NCBI RefSeq assembly: GCF_006345805.1
Contig: NC_042998.1
Span: forward strand, 44,888,001 to 44,952,000
DNA: 64,000 nt
Direction: 5' to 3'
From: Octopus sinensis
Lineage: Eukaryota
Part shown: positions 12,574 through 27,189 of the stretch, one piece after another
Layout of the letters: each line of letters begins with the position of its first letter
Numbering within the stretch: position 1 is the first letter of the stretch
Translations under genes and position numbers: made by a program
Notes under the pieces: model-generated
The model's database searches: none
The model's input: the letters and a program-made list of their open reading frames with translations, nothing else
What the model was told of the DNA's origin: nothing

Positions 12574-12774
12574 ATATATATATATATATATTATATATAT
12601 CTATTATATATATATATATATAGTGTATACACACACACACACACACACACACACATTTCCTTCTCCATTGCCAATTGACTATGCAGACTATATCTAGGAT
12701 GGGACATTTTTCTTGGAATATCTACTTCATTAGTAAATCCTTCTTTTCTCTAATCAACAACATGTTACAAATAG

Positions 12775-12776
12775 TG

Positions 12777-12810
<34 letters not shown>

Positions 12811-12915
12811 CAGGAAGAAGAAGAAGAAGAAGAAGAAGAAGAAGAAGAAGAAGAAGAAGAAGAAGAAGAAGAAGAAGAAGAAGAAGAAGAACGCTAATGA
12901 TAATAATAATAATGA
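12775..12915. repeat. (AAT)n-(AAG)n compound trinucleotide repeat
   Basis: Visible directly in the sequence. Confidence 0.95.
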
Positions 12916-13421
12916 TGCCTTCAAGCAGGACTAGGTAGTGACTCTCATGGCTTCTGATCTTAACTGATTGGAAATGTTATTTTGTACGTTTTGTCTTGGT
13001 ATAAAAGATTGGCTACAGCAAATATTCTGCTCAATACCGCATATTTGCTTGTCAATCGTTTGACCTTAATCAGTTGAGCATGTCCCTTAGTAGCTGACGA
13101 TATGTGCATTTTTGATGACGAGCAGGAGTAGTTCGAGAGCATCATATCTATGTGTTGAGATGGATTTTTTGAACTTTGAATTATTCACCCCTGGAAACAT
13201 AGGTGTTTTTTTTTTCAGGGAAACTTCTGTGCAGGATGGGCTACTCAACCTGAAAAAAAATTCTAACTGATCCCCACCTGCAAGGTCAAGCGCTGTTTAT
13301 CCTGATATGAGATCACCATGTCACGCATATATGGTGTACCTTTATCAGTCGGGTAGTCATGATGGGTATATTGGGCTTGTACTCCAGTGTCACTTTGATG
13401 GTATGCATTACTCTCTCACTC

Positions 13422-13423
<2 letters not shown>

Positions 13424-13475
<52 letters not shown>

Positions 13476-13550
13476 GGTGGTGGTGGTGGTGGTGGGGTGG
13501 TGGTGGTGGTGGTGGTGGTGGTGCTAGTGGTGCTGGTGATATTGATGGTG
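13424..13550. repeat. (GAT)n-(GGT)n compound trinucleotide repeat
   Basis: Visible directly in the sequence. Confidence 0.95.
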
Positions 13551-13649
13551 ATGGACTCTCTCGTTGAAGGCGACGTATGTGCATTCAACTTTTGCCGAAC
13601 GGCCTGCACAGATGATTTGTTTATAGTGATCAAATGTATGAGCCGTATA

Positions 13650-13795
13650 TTAGCTCACTCCCTCCATCAAATCGACGTCGTCTCAACAGGGCCACGGTGT
13701 GCCACGCGTCAGGTGAGGAAATGATCGCAGAGCAACGTGAGATGAAGTGTTTTGTGCAAGATGTGTAACAGCCTAACCACTAAGCCATGAAGAAC
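13650..13795 (-). mobile_element. tRNA-derived SINE family E, partial
   Basis: ctcactccctccatcaaatcgac...gatcgcagagcaacgtgagatgaagtg matches 38620-38835 (-) and the reverse complement of 45505-45635. Confidence 0.7.
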
Positions 13796-14478
13796 TACAT
13801 AGACAGTATAACTGTCAACAATATCTTGAGAAAAATCCTACGATCAGATGACCGATGTTAACCTGCTACAATCTCTTAAGATTCTCTTACATACGTTTTA
13901 AGAGTCTTCTAATACATACGGCATAAGGAATGGAATAGACGACATTGTCTATACGTCTGGGCTACAGTGCCAAGTATCCTAGACATCTTTCAGCCGTAGT
14001 TGACGAACAAAAATATAAGAACAACTGTGTGGAACGTTTGCATGTGTAGTCGTAATCCTAGCTGTCATATAAATATGAATTAGACACTTATAATATATGG
14101 GCTGTATTCAGCACTTCTATGTTATTGGTGCAATAAAACTTAGACAAAAAAGTCTGCATGAGTGAATGGCACATATGTGTGTATGTGGATACAAGTGTGT
14201 ATGTGTGTGTGAAAGGTATATGCGATAGGTTAAACAGGAGTTAGCTGGCAATAGAAACTTGTTTCTAAGACTGCATACAAATGTCTCAAGTGTTGTGGAT
14301 GAGAAATACATTGTGTTCGTCATATCATTGACAGAAAGAAGGAAAGAAGATATAATGACGAAGGAAGATTATGTAACAAAAATAAATGATACATGTTAGT
14401 AAGAATAGAGGAAAACAAAATATTTGATGAGGTTAAACAAAGTTTGCAAATTTCTTGTCATTATCGTTATTATTATTA

Positions 14479-14700
14479 AGGCGACGAGCTGGCAGAATCC
14501 CTAGCACGCCGGGATGAGTGCTTTCCAGTATTTCGTCCGTCTGCACGTTCTGAGTTCAAATTCCGCCGAGGTTGACTTTGCCTGTCATCCTTTCAGGGTC
14601 GATAAATTAAGTACCAGTGAAACCCTGGGGTCGATGTAAGTAACTTTCCTGTTCTCCCAAAATTGCTGGCATTGAGCCAAAATTTGAAATTATTGTTGTT
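14479..14700 (+). mobile_element. SINE family A (tail type 2)
   Basis: ggcgacgagctggcagaatc...gagttcaaattccgccgagg...cccaaaattgctggc. Confidence 0.85.
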
Positions 14701-15009
14701 GTTATGATTATTATTAGCGATACATACATACATGCATATATATATAAATTGAGCAAAAATGCAATAGAAGGTGTTCAGACAGATGGACGACACGAAGGCG
14801 GACAAGAGAAACAACAATTAGAAGGACGGGTTATAATCATAAACTCATGGGTTCAATTCCTGAATAGGTTTGCTGCGAGTTGTGGCCTTAAGCAAATCAC
14901 TTCTCTTCACATTGCTCCAGTCTATTCGGTTGTAAATAAGAACAAACTGGATACTGGTACATCTCTCTCTCTCTCTCTCTCCCTCCCCCCCTCTCTCTCT
15001 CTATATATA

Positions 15010-15240
15010 TATATAGTTGTCATATCTTGGATGTCCAGCTAGGTTCAAGGTTGAAGAAGCCGAAAGTGCGTCGACGTGTGCTCATGACTACACAAGCATC
15101 TAAAACAATTAGCGAAGACACGGTACACTTTACCAGGCCATACACGTTCGGCGGTGACTACTGGCTGCGTTTCACGAAATGGTTCTTTTTCCCCAACCAT
15201 CTTGCACCAAGAACTGGTTGCATGCAAGACTATTTTTCCA
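15010..15240 (-). mobile_element. Old dispersed repeat, family G, copy 2
   Basis: The reverse complement aligns by eye with 42645-42830 and 5450-5520. Confidence 0.55.
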
Positions 15241-16027
15241 CAGATCGGGAGATCACGCGCATAACAAACTCAATAAAGCGTATAATATATAGCGGCAAGA
15301 CGGTAGAAGCGTTAGTGCAGTGTACAAAATGTTTAACGGCATTTCGTTCTTCTTTATGTTTTGACTTCAAATTCCGCCGAATTGAGTTCTGGGGTCGATA
15401 TAATCGACTTACGCCCGCATCCAAAATTGCTGTCCTCGTGCAAAAATTTAAAATCAATATATAATTTAACTATTACATATATATATTACACATGTAATGC
15501 AAAAACAGCCTGCAGATTGCGACAGTGAATAAAATAAAAATAAAATTTATAAAATTTATTCTTTCTGTGCAGCCCAGTACCAAATGATCCTTGATCCGAT
15601 ACTGGCTGGCGACCCAGTGATGTAGGCCCCTGCTTTACATGATTAAATGCTGTTAGATTTGCTTTCCTACTAACTTTTAAGAATGTAATGATACGGATAT
15701 GTGCTACATTTATGTGTGATACATATGTGAACATATATGTGTGTACTATGGACACAATGTCTCAACCGGTTTCACATCGTCAGATGATCCTTGCGTGATC
15801 TTTAACAGAGTTCAGTTTATAACAAAAATACATGCATTAGAATTTTCCTGCGTAAAAGTGGTCCATATTTGTCTTGCGTTTTTAGACCATTTTTCCTCTG
15901 TTTTATCATGTTCATATTTTCATTTATGAAATGGGGCAACGAAAAGTGCAGAGGCACCCAGCTCAGTAAAGAACATAGAACTTGGAGGGAATATAGATTT
16001 CGTGTGCCTTACAACAAAAATACTCAC

Positions 16028-16174
16028 AGGAAGTTGAAATAAACCTCGGAAATACTTTTCCAAGTGCAAACACTGCAGGAAATATTCAGAGGTTTTGTAA
16101 GCTCTTCTAAATCCATCTTGATGTTGTAAACTCTTAAAACCTTCCGTATTGTCAGTAGGGTTTGGGCCCTTAGC
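16028..16174 (-). CDS. Candidate internal exon (LRAQTLLTIRKVLRVYNIKMDLEELTKPLNISCSVCTWKSISEVYFNF)
   Basis: Donor cct|gtgagt and acceptor tacag|. The 147 nt end in a phase compatible with the 10828-10918 candidate exon. No homology recognised. Confidence 0.35.
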
Positions 16175-16479
16175 CTGTACGCTAAGGTTGAGTGCGACAA
16201 GGAGGAACGCTATTTTGTGCCAAAATACACGCACAAACATGCACACGCGTGCGCAAAAACACATGCACACAAACACATGTATATATACGCATACATATGT
16301 ACATAAATACTCACACATACTCACACGTATATAATCATGCATACACGTACGTATATTCATATGTGGGTGAAAGAGAGAGAATGCATGTGTGTGTGTTACA
16401 GAGAGAGAGTTATCTGTGTCTATCTGTCTGTCTGTGTGACTGTCTGTGTGTGAGAGTGTGTGTATATGTCTGTGTGTGT

Positions 16480-16745
16480 GTGTGTATTTATGCATACATA
16501 CATACATACATACATACATACAAACATGTGTTGCGCATCATGTGTACGTACGTATATGTATGTATGGATGAATGTATGTATGTATGTATGTATGTATGTA
16601 TGTATGTTTGTATGTATGTATGTTTGTATGTATGTACGTATGTATGTATGTACGAATGTATGTATGTATGTATTGTATGTATGTATGTATGTATGTATGT
16701 ATGTATGTATGTATGTATGTATGTATGTATGTATGTGTGTATGTG

Positions 16746-16779
<34 letters not shown>

Positions 16780-16789
16780 TGTATGTATG

Positions 16790-16823
<34 letters not shown>

Positions 16824-16890
16824 TGTATATATGTATGTATGTTTGTATGTATGTATGTTTGTATGTATGTACGTATGTATGTGCCCGCGT
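16480..16890. repeat. (CATA)n/(TATG)n microsatellite array
   Basis: Visible directly in the sequence. Confidence 0.95.
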
Positions 16891-17421
16891 GTGTGCTTGC
16901 GAGCGTATATATGCAGGTTTGTGTGAATGTATTTGTGCGTTTGTGTGTATGTCAAAGCGTGTGTTTTATTTCGTTTTATTTACAAATTACAAATATATGA
17001 AACGAAAGAACTGGAACTCAGCATAAAATATAACTCATAAAAATTATTTTCAAAAACATACTTTACCAATGGTTTTTATAACCTCGATTTTATAGGAATG
17101 TAAAACAACTTGAATAGAAATTATCGGGCTTTAAAATTTCGACAAAACAAACAACACATTTTTCAACGCGCGATAAATCATCAAAAATTTTCCAAGTCTC
17201 TGGAAGATTTAAACGCATGATGCAAGGGAGAGAACTGTTCATGTTTTCTCGTTTGTAATGATTTTTATCTACGGAAAATATTTCTTTGAAAATGAAGCCA
17301 AAAATTGTGAACACGAAATTGTTTTCTTTGCAATAGCACACCTAAGATATGTGATTTAATACGATCATTGCACGTGTGAGTATGTGCGTGCGTGATGTGT
17401 GTGTATGTGTGTGTGTGTGTG

Positions 17422-17452
<31 letters not shown>

Positions 17453-17469
17453 AGGGTGGTTTTCGATGG

Positions 17470-17650
17470 CGATCTTTTATTTCGGAACGGCAGTGTGGTA
17501 AGAAGCTTGCTTCCCAACCACATGCTTCTGGGTTCAGTCCCACTGCGTGGCACCTTGAGCAAGTGTCTTCTACTATAGCCGCGGGCCGACTAAAGCCTTG
17601 AGAGTGGATTTGATAGACAGAAACTGAAAGAAGCCCCTTAGATAGAATGA
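17470..17650 (+). mobile_element. SINE family B, 5' part
   Basis: gtgtggtaagaagcttgcttcccaaccacatg...gggttcagtcccactgcgtggcaccttgagcaagtgtc. Confidence 0.85.
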
Positions 17651-17759
17651 TAGATAGATGGATAGATAGATAGATAGATAGATAGAAAAGTGTATGTATG
17701 CATGTGTGAATGCATATACACACAAGTGGCATTCAAATATGTATGTATGTATGTATTCT

Positions 17760-18125
17760 TTTATTTCAGTCATTTGACTGCGGCCATACTGGAGCATTGC
17801 CATTAGTTGAACAAATCGACCTCAGGACTTATTCTTTGTGAGCCTAGTACTTAATCTATCGGCTCCTTTTGCTGAACCGCTAAACACACCAACATCGGTT
17901 GTCAAACGATGATGGGCGGGCAAACACAGACACACACACATATACACACATATACATATATACGACGAGCTTCTTTCAGTTTACGTCTAGCAAATCCACT
18001 CACAAGGCTTTGGTCGGCCCGAGGCTATAGTAGAAGACACTAGCCGAAGGTGCCACGTAGTGGGACTGAACCTGGAACCATGTGGTTGGTAAGCGAGCTA
18101 CTTACCACACAGCCAAGCCTGCGCC
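17760..18125 (-). mobile_element. SINE family B, near full length
   Basis: Reverse complement of the family B consensus from head (ggcttggctgtgtggtaag) to tail (gactgaaataaaagaata). Confidence 0.85.
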
Positions 18126-18594
18126 TATATATGTATATGTATTTTATAAACGTGTGTGTGTGTGCATGAAAAATGTATGTATACATGCACGTATATTTAA
18201 ATAATGTGTGTGTGAATGTATATTACAGACAGGCGGGCACTTAGACAGACACGGGGGCACACAGGCAGACAGAAAGATTGATTGATTGAATGAGTGAGTG
18301 AGTGAGTGAGTGAGTGAGTGAGTGATCAAAGACATCGAGTGAGGGCGCTCGCTCACGCAGACGTACACATACACGCAGGGGAAATAACTATAGATTTTCT
18401 TCATGTATAATCACATATAGATCACAAATGTTGATAAATTCATATTTTGCATGCATATTAATGAAATTCTTTGTTTTCCAATCTCTTTATTAATATGACA
18501 ATAGAACAGAGTTTTCAGTCCATACAATTCCTCCTTCTTCGTCATTGTATTTGACAAGCTTAAGAATTCTTTATACCATCAGAATATTAATTTT

Positions 18595-18790
18595 TTGCCA
18601 CAAGGCCAGCAAGTCCGAAAGGCGTGGTGTATGTCGATTACATCGACCCTAGGATCCAGCTGGTACTTATTTTATCGATCTCGAAGAGATGATAAGTAGT
18701 GTCGACCTCGGCGGAATTTGAACTCGGGATATAAAGACGGACGAATTGCAGCTAAGCCTTTTACCCGGCGTAGTAATGATTCTGTTAAAT
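18595..18790 (-). mobile_element. SINE family A (tail type 2)
   Basis: gtcgacctcggcggaatttgaactc...cccggcgtagtaatg. Confidence 0.75.
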
Positions 18791-18823
18791 GAAAGCTTTG
18801 TATGGTATTATTTATATATGATA

Positions 18824-19226
18824 GAAGGCGGCGAGCTGGCAGAAACGTTAGCACGCCGGGTGAAAATGCGTAGCCGTATTTCGTCTGCCGCTACGTTCTG
18901 AGTTCAAATTCTGCCGAGGTCGACTTTGCCTTTCATCCCTTTCGGGGACGATAAATTAAGTACCAGTTACGCACTGGGTCGATGTAATCGACTTAATCCC
19001 TTTGTCTGTCCTTGTTTGTCCCCTCTATGTTTAGCCCCTTGTTGGTAATAAAGAAATAGGTATTTCGTCTGCCGTTACGTTCTGAGTTCATATTCCGCCG
19101 AGGTCGACTTTACCTTTCATCCTTTCGGGTTGATAAATTATATACCAGTTGCGTACTGGGGTAGATCTAAACGACTTCCCACCCCCTCTCCCAAAAATTT
19201 TGGGTCTTGTGCCTAGAGTAGAAAAC
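18824..19226 (+). mobile_element. SINE family A dimer (second unit carries tail type 2), single insertion
   Basis: Junction aaagaaata|ggtatttcgtctg at about 19039. TSD attatttatatat(g/a)ata at 18807 and 19227. Confidence 0.85.
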
Positions 19227-20039
19227 ATTATTTATATATAATAAATATATTTATAGACAAGCATACACGAACAGATGGAAGCTTTTCTATATATATGTGT
19301 GTGTGTGTGTTTGTGTAGAAAAACAAAAGACGAAGACAGGTGCACAAACAACAAGCAGGTGTTTTAGTTTGACGCTCGGGAACACACACGCACACACATA
19401 TATACCGCTGGATGTGTGTGTGTGCGTGTATATATATATATATATAAAGCAAATAATAAATGTTTAAGTGACGTTAACAGCCTTTGTATATTTCTGAATG
19501 ACTAACATGTGTCTCCCTTCCTGTAATCGTTTCAGTTTCAACACGCGCTCTCAGATCCATAATGGCAATTTGGCCGCTCTTTTCTCAAACTTCACAGTCG
19601 TAGAGAGAGGGAGGTGGGGAAAAGATATCACGTATCTGTGAAGCGATTAAGACCTTATGTGTAGCTGAGGTGCCAACAAAAATGTCATATTTATCATTTT
19701 AAAAACCTCGTTTTTTTTTCGTTTTTTTTTTTACCTTTCAAGTATCTCAGACAAAATGCTAAGCAGTATTTCTTCCGCACCTTTACATTCCGAGTTCAAA
19801 TCGAGTTGAGATCAACTTTTTCTATCATATTTTCGAGGTCGATAAAACATAGTGGCAGACAAGTACTATAGTTTATGTAATCGAATTGTTATTTCTAGCA
19901 TGTCGTGGAGTTCAAAGAATTCAAAGAATTCAAGACCAATGACTATAGGCATTAAAGTATAACGCGTAGGATTTTGTGTAAGCTTGTATGTATTTGCTGC
20001 GCAAACGCGTGTGTTGGTGGGAAGAGTGTTTGTGTATAT

Positions 20040-21520
<1,481 letters not shown>

Positions 21521-22339
21521 GTGCGTGTGTTTTCTCATTAAAATACACATTTTACCGTTCCTATTACTTTGCAACGCTGGACAGTAGTTAAAGTCAATTA
21601 AAATTACTCTCATACAAATATTCTATCCAATCACGCATTATTATTGCATCATGCTTCAACGAAAATGTCCCGTAATCGTTGTTTTAATCGATTATATAAC
21701 ACAGAAAGCTCCCTATACCTGTTGTAGTTTGCCAAAAACAAGTCAGCCAGACGTTTAGCTCACAATTTCTCTCTCTTTATATGCTATTGACTACGACCGA
21801 ACTCACAGGCAGAGGCTGTTAGTGAAGCGTAATATGTCTTATGTGCTTATAGACTGTAAGACGTGAACTGAAATCACCCTCTGCTTATTCTTGCTTTTGT
21901 AACACACACGCGGTTTTGTAATTAATCCCAGAAATTCGTCATGGTGTAAAACCCTGCTATATTTGGCAACGTGTCGCATTGCTCAGGTTTCACCCTTTTT
22001 ATAACTATATTTCCTAATTAAATAGTTAATTATGTTCGTATTTACTTGCATAACTTATGAGCTTGGGTAGGGTTACATAGCAGGAAGCATACAGGGAGCT
22101 CTTTTAGTTCAAACGAAATTAAGTTATTTCTTAATGAAATGTCTGTGAAGTTGATTCTCAAATCATGACATGCAATTTTGGTAACGGGTAAATTCGTTCA
22201 GATTTTCTCTTTTGAGAAAATCCTTTACAAGTCTTTAGTAATAAATAATGTGATGGTCTAACGATTAAAAGATTCCAGAGTTTATTCTTAGAAGTAAAAA
22301 TAAGATTTTTCCAAAAAGTAAAAGGGTACACAAATTATA

Positions 22340-22490
22340 TAGGTACATGAGTTGGCTTCCCAACCACATGGTTCCAGGTTCAGTCTCACTGCATGATACC
22401 TACGGATGGTATTTTCTGTTACAGCCTCGAACCGAGCAAAGCTTTGTGAGTGGAAATGATAGACGAACACTGAAAGAAGCCCATTGTGTT
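22340..22490 (+). mobile_element. SINE family B, 5' part
   Basis: ttggcttcccaaccacatggttccaggttcagtc...tgaaagaagccc. Confidence 0.75.
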
Positions 22491-22572
22491 TGTATGTATG
22501 TATGTATGTATGTATGTATGTATGTATGTATGAATTTTTGTATATATGAATTTATGTATGTATGTATGTACG

Positions 22573-22639
<67 letters not shown>

Positions 22640-22665
22640 CATACATACATACATACATACATACA

Positions 22666-22701
<36 letters not shown>

Positions 22702-23539
22702 TGAGACCAAAGTGTGCGTACGCCGCTATATATATATGAGTGCGAACGTATGTGTTTGTGTGTGTATGTGTGTGCGCGCAATTTTGTACCCCCACAACCG
22801 CCTGACAAGCGGTACTGGTTTGCTTACGTCCACATAACTTAGCGGTTCGCCTAAAGTAATAGAATAACTACCGGGTTTTTAAAAACAAATAAGTACTGAG
22901 TTGAGTCGTTCGGCTAAAAGCATTGAAGCAGTGACTGAAACGAGTTGAAAATAGAAAGTTAAAAAAAATTACTCCCACAGAAAACTTAAACATAATTGCA
23001 GAGAGGAAATAAAGATTTGCGTGTGTGTATGTGTGTCTTTTATGATGGTTTTTCTTCTTTTTTTTTACGTGTCTATATGTGTGTGGGTGTGCTTGCGCGG
23101 GCGAGTGTACGTAGGCATACACTGACAATGACGTAGACTCGAATCACTCAAAGGTGAATGACTGCGCTTTGTGTAGACAAGGGACATAACTCTTTTTATA
23201 AAATTTGGTCTATAAATGAAATCAGTTGAAGCTAACTAGTTAAGATGATTTCACATTACATAATGCACCTGCCCATAATCTGTTTTGTCCTGGTTAAAAT
23301 ATACCCGTAATTTCCATGTGCAAATTAGCGATTGTAATCTAATTAGTAATTGTAAACTAAGAGTACAAATGTAATTGTATATTTACATTTATAAATATGG
23401 ATGTGAATGTGTATAATGTGTGTGTTGTTCATTTTAGAATGCATAAAAGTGAGAAAGTTTCGAAGCTTTCTTTCAGACGTGTAGAAATGCCTGCATGTTT
23501 CGGCTGTTACTAAACACCTCGCTTTTATTTCTACATAGC

Positions 23540-23700
23540 GTGAGCTTGGCTGTGGGGTTAAAAAGCTTGCTTTTGGAACCCACGTGGCTTCAGGTTCATT
23601 TCCACATCGTGGCACCTTGGACAAGTACCTTCTATTATAACCCGGGGGGCACCAATATCTTGCGAGTGTATTTGGCATGCGAAAATTGTGTAGAAGCCCA
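23540..23700 (+). mobile_element. SINE family B, 5' part running into (GATA)n
   Basis: ttggctgtggggttaaaaagcttgc...ggcaccttggacaagt. Confidence 0.75.
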
Positions 23701-23703
23701 TCG

Positions 23704-23808
<105 letters not shown>

Positions 23809-23866
23809 GCATATATATACACACACATATGTATGAATAAATAGACACATACACACACACATATAC

Positions 23867-24262
23867 GAGTGGCTGCGTGGTAAGTAGCTTGCTAACCAAC
23901 CACATGGTCCCGGGTTCAGTCCCACTGCATGGCATCTTGGGCAAGTGTCTTCTGCTATAGCCCCGGGCCGACCAATGCCTTGTGAGTGGATTTGGTAGAC
24001 GGAAACTGAAAGAAGCCTGTCGTATATATGTATATATGTATGTGTGTGTTTGTGTGTCTGCTGTGTTTGTCCCCCTAGCATTGCTTGACAACCGATGCTG
24101 GTGTGTTTACGTCCCCGTAACTTAGCGGTTCGGCAAAAAAGACCGATAGAATAAGTGCTGGGCTTACAAAAGAATAAGTCCCGGGGTCGAGTTGCTCGAT
24201 TAATGGCGGTGCTCCAGCATGGCCTCAGTCAAATGACTGAAACAAGTAAAAGAGTAAAAGAG
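23867..24262 (+). mobile_element. tRNA-derived SINE family B, full length (CORE-like central domain)
   Basis: Head gagtggctgcgtggtaag...gggttcagtccc, then ggcatcttgggcaagtgtc (resembles the CORE-SINE ccttgggcaagt motif), an internal TA/TG microsatellite, and tail gactgaaacaagtaaaagagtaaaagag. Confidence 0.9.
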
Positions 24263-24292
24263 AGTATACATTCACACACACATACATACACA

Positions 24293-24338
<46 letters not shown>

Positions 24339-24718
24339 TATTTGTTCTCCCTTCCACCCTTATACAACGGGTGTTGAATTGTTTTCGTCCATGTTCGGCA
24401 AAAGACACCAATAAAATTAGTACCAGACTTGAAAAGTAAGTATTGAGTTTGATTTGTTCGTCTAAACAGCAGAAAATGATAACATAGCATAGTTGCACTC
24501 CATCACAAACACAAAAAGTTAAAAAGAAAAGGATAAAAGACAAAATTGTCTTCATTGACAATGCATGAGAACACATCATTGACTTAGGAATTAGCATCAT
24601 CAGACCGTTGGACGCATGCATTTCTGCGTCCTTACGCTTCATCAACTACAGATACTGAATCAGTCGTTCGTAGCATTCTAAGAATGGTCGTTCGTATAAA
24701 GATAAACGGTTATGAAAA

Positions 24719-24948
24719 GGCGTCGAGCTGGCAGAACCGTTAGCACGCCGGGCGAAATGCGTAGCCGTATTTCGTCAGCCGTTACGTTCTGAGTTCAAAT
24801 TCCGCCGAGGTCGACTTTGCCTTTCATCCTTTCGAGGTCGATTAAATAAGTACCAGTTACGCACTGGGGTCGATATAATCGACTTAATCCATTTGTCTGT
24901 CCTTGTTTGTCCCCTCTGTGTTTAGCCCCTTGTGGGTAATAAAGAAAT
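24719..24948 (+). mobile_element. SINE family A monomer
   Basis: Full head to tail, with gttatgaa repeated on both flanks (TSD). Confidence 0.9.
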
Positions 24949-25129
24949 ATGTTATGAACAGCTTTATGTTTTAAAATAAATAAGAAAGATATCTAACGAA
25001 GAAAATAATTTTTGTCTCGACTATAAGTTTCAGGTGTGTATAAATAGTCATATGCTCATTTTGTTGAATAAGAAATACATGTGAGACTCTATTTGAAGCA
25101 GATTCCACAAGGGATAAAATATAAAGTGG

Positions 25130-25300
25130 ATTACGTTGTATTCTAGTTGTGCTTGTAAATGCTTAAGAGACGATATTGAAAAAACAATGATTTCCAAGCA
25201 AATAAAGAGACCATGAACTTTACAGATACAATCCATAAGTGGAACAGTAAAAATATGCAAGACTTTCTTAAAGTTAGTTATGTCTCAATTATCGTTGTTG
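25130..25300 (+). pseudogene. RLE-type (R4/Dong-like) non-LTR retrotransposon 3' relic
   Basis: TLQIQSISGTVKICKTFL. About 85 bp align closely with 44515-44600. Confidence 0.55.
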
Positions 25301-25344
25301 CTATACAAGCTCCAATGAAGGGGATTTTGTTTTTTTTAGGAATC

Positions 25345-25760
25345 ACAGGGTTCAGTCCCAGTGCGTAGTACCCTGTGCAAGTATCTTCTTATAGTCTCGG
25401 GCCGATCAAAGCCTTGTGAGTGGATTTGTTAGACGGAAACTGGAAGAAGCCCATATGCATAAATACGTGTGTGCGTGTGTGTGTGTTGTATTGTGTGTGT
25501 GTGTTTGCGTTGTGTGTGTGTGTGTATTTGTGTGAAGTGCATGACTGTGTTTGTACACCTGCCATCACTTGGCAACCGATGTTGGTGTGTTTATGTCCCC
25601 CGTAAACCAGGGGCTCGGCAAAAGTCACCGATAGAACAAGTACTAGGCTTACAGAGATTAAGTCCTGAGGTCGATTTCTTCGACTAAGACCCTTTAAGGC
25701 GGTGCTCCTGCATGGCCGCAGTCAAATGACTGAAACAAGTAGAAGAATAAAAGAATACAA
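25345..25760 (+). mobile_element. SINE family B, slightly 5'-truncated
   Basis: gggttcagtcccagtgcgt...ggcggtgctcctgcatggccgcagtcaaatgactgaaacaagt. Confidence 0.85.
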
Positions 25761-25979
25761 GAATGCATACATACATATATTCATGTTTTGTAAGATGTGT
25801 GCTTATTTGCGTCAAGCTTCAGTGCATATGCCAAGCTGTTGCGTATTCTTTAAATTATAAACGCTTATGTGGAATTAGTTTCAGTGTGGTGTGTGTGTGT
25901 GTGTGTGTGTTGATATGTGTGTGAGAAAGCGTGCTGGTATGTTGGAGCGTGTGTGTGTAAATCTGCTAAAGTGCTTACT

Positions 25980-26028
25980 ATGTATGTATGTATGTATGTA
26001 TGTATGTATGTATGTATGTATGTATGTG

Positions 26029-26099
<71 letters not shown>

Positions 26100-26100
26100 T

Positions 26101-26165
<65 letters not shown>
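25980..26165. repeat. (TATG)n-(GATA)n microsatellite
   Basis: Visible directly in the sequence. Confidence 0.95.
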
Positions 26166-26492
26166 TAGCATGTGTGTTAAATACGGCCATGTATTTAAAA
26201 TAAAAATATGTACTGAAGCTATTAACGTGTCCTAAATTAATATTACACAGATGTTTATAATATCAACGATTCGGCGAAATTTTAAAAGAGGAATATAAGA
26301 AGCGGAAAGTTGAAATCGTTTTTCTCATTATCACTGTTGTTGTTGTTGTTGTGGGCACTGTGGCCAATGAAAGTGAACTTCCACGATGGCTTCTAATTCA
26401 TTCAGTTATTACATAACGTTCTACCGGCCTAGTTTTCAACACAGGACATCAGATCATTAAAAGGAAATTTAATTAGCTAAACTTTGTCTTTA

Positions 26493-26566
<74 letters not shown>

Positions 26567-27189
26567 CTTTCTCTCCCTCTCTCTCCCTCTCTCTCCCTCT
26601 CTCTCTCTCTCTCGTCACGAACGATTGTCTTTCATCTTTACGGCCTCGATATAATAAGTACCAGTTGCGTACTGGGGTCGATCTAATCGACTGGCCCCTC
26701 ATCCCCAAAGATTTTGGGCCTTGTGCCTCGAGTAGAAAAGGATATAACAAGTACCAACCAAGCACTGGTAACCGACTTAACCTCCATCCCCCAAAATTCG
26801 CAGGCCTTTTACCTATAGTAGAATTACAATAATAATTACGAATAATAATATTATTATTTGTAATTGCTACTGCTGTTGTTGTTAAGTAGCAAGACGGGTA
26901 AGGATGATTAGGTGATGGTCTAGGGCTTAGGGGCGTGAGACCCCAGACCTTGGAAAAAAACTTTGGCCGTCTTGTTGTAGTCGAGGGCTCTTCGTTGACA
27001 CCACTGGGAGGTGGCCCTCGCTGGAAATGGAGATCTTCAGGTCCAAATTCTTGAACGGCTGCTGCTGCTGCTGCTTCTGCTACTATTGTTGTTGTTATTC
27101 TTGTTCTCGTTGTTGCTATTCTTGTTCTCGTTGTTGTTCATGGGCGAAGAACTTCATAGTGTAGATATATTTCCTTGACATGTGAAATG

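Noticed and set aside
15759-15790. CTGACGA-TGT-GAAACCGGTT on the minus strand
   Set aside because: The core and palindromic stem III are suggestive, but stem II is absent and stem I does not pair.
23495-23535. GGTGTT(tagt)AACAGCC-GAAACATG on the minus strand
   Set aside because: It has a stem-II-like hairpin and GAAAC but no CUGANGA upstream.
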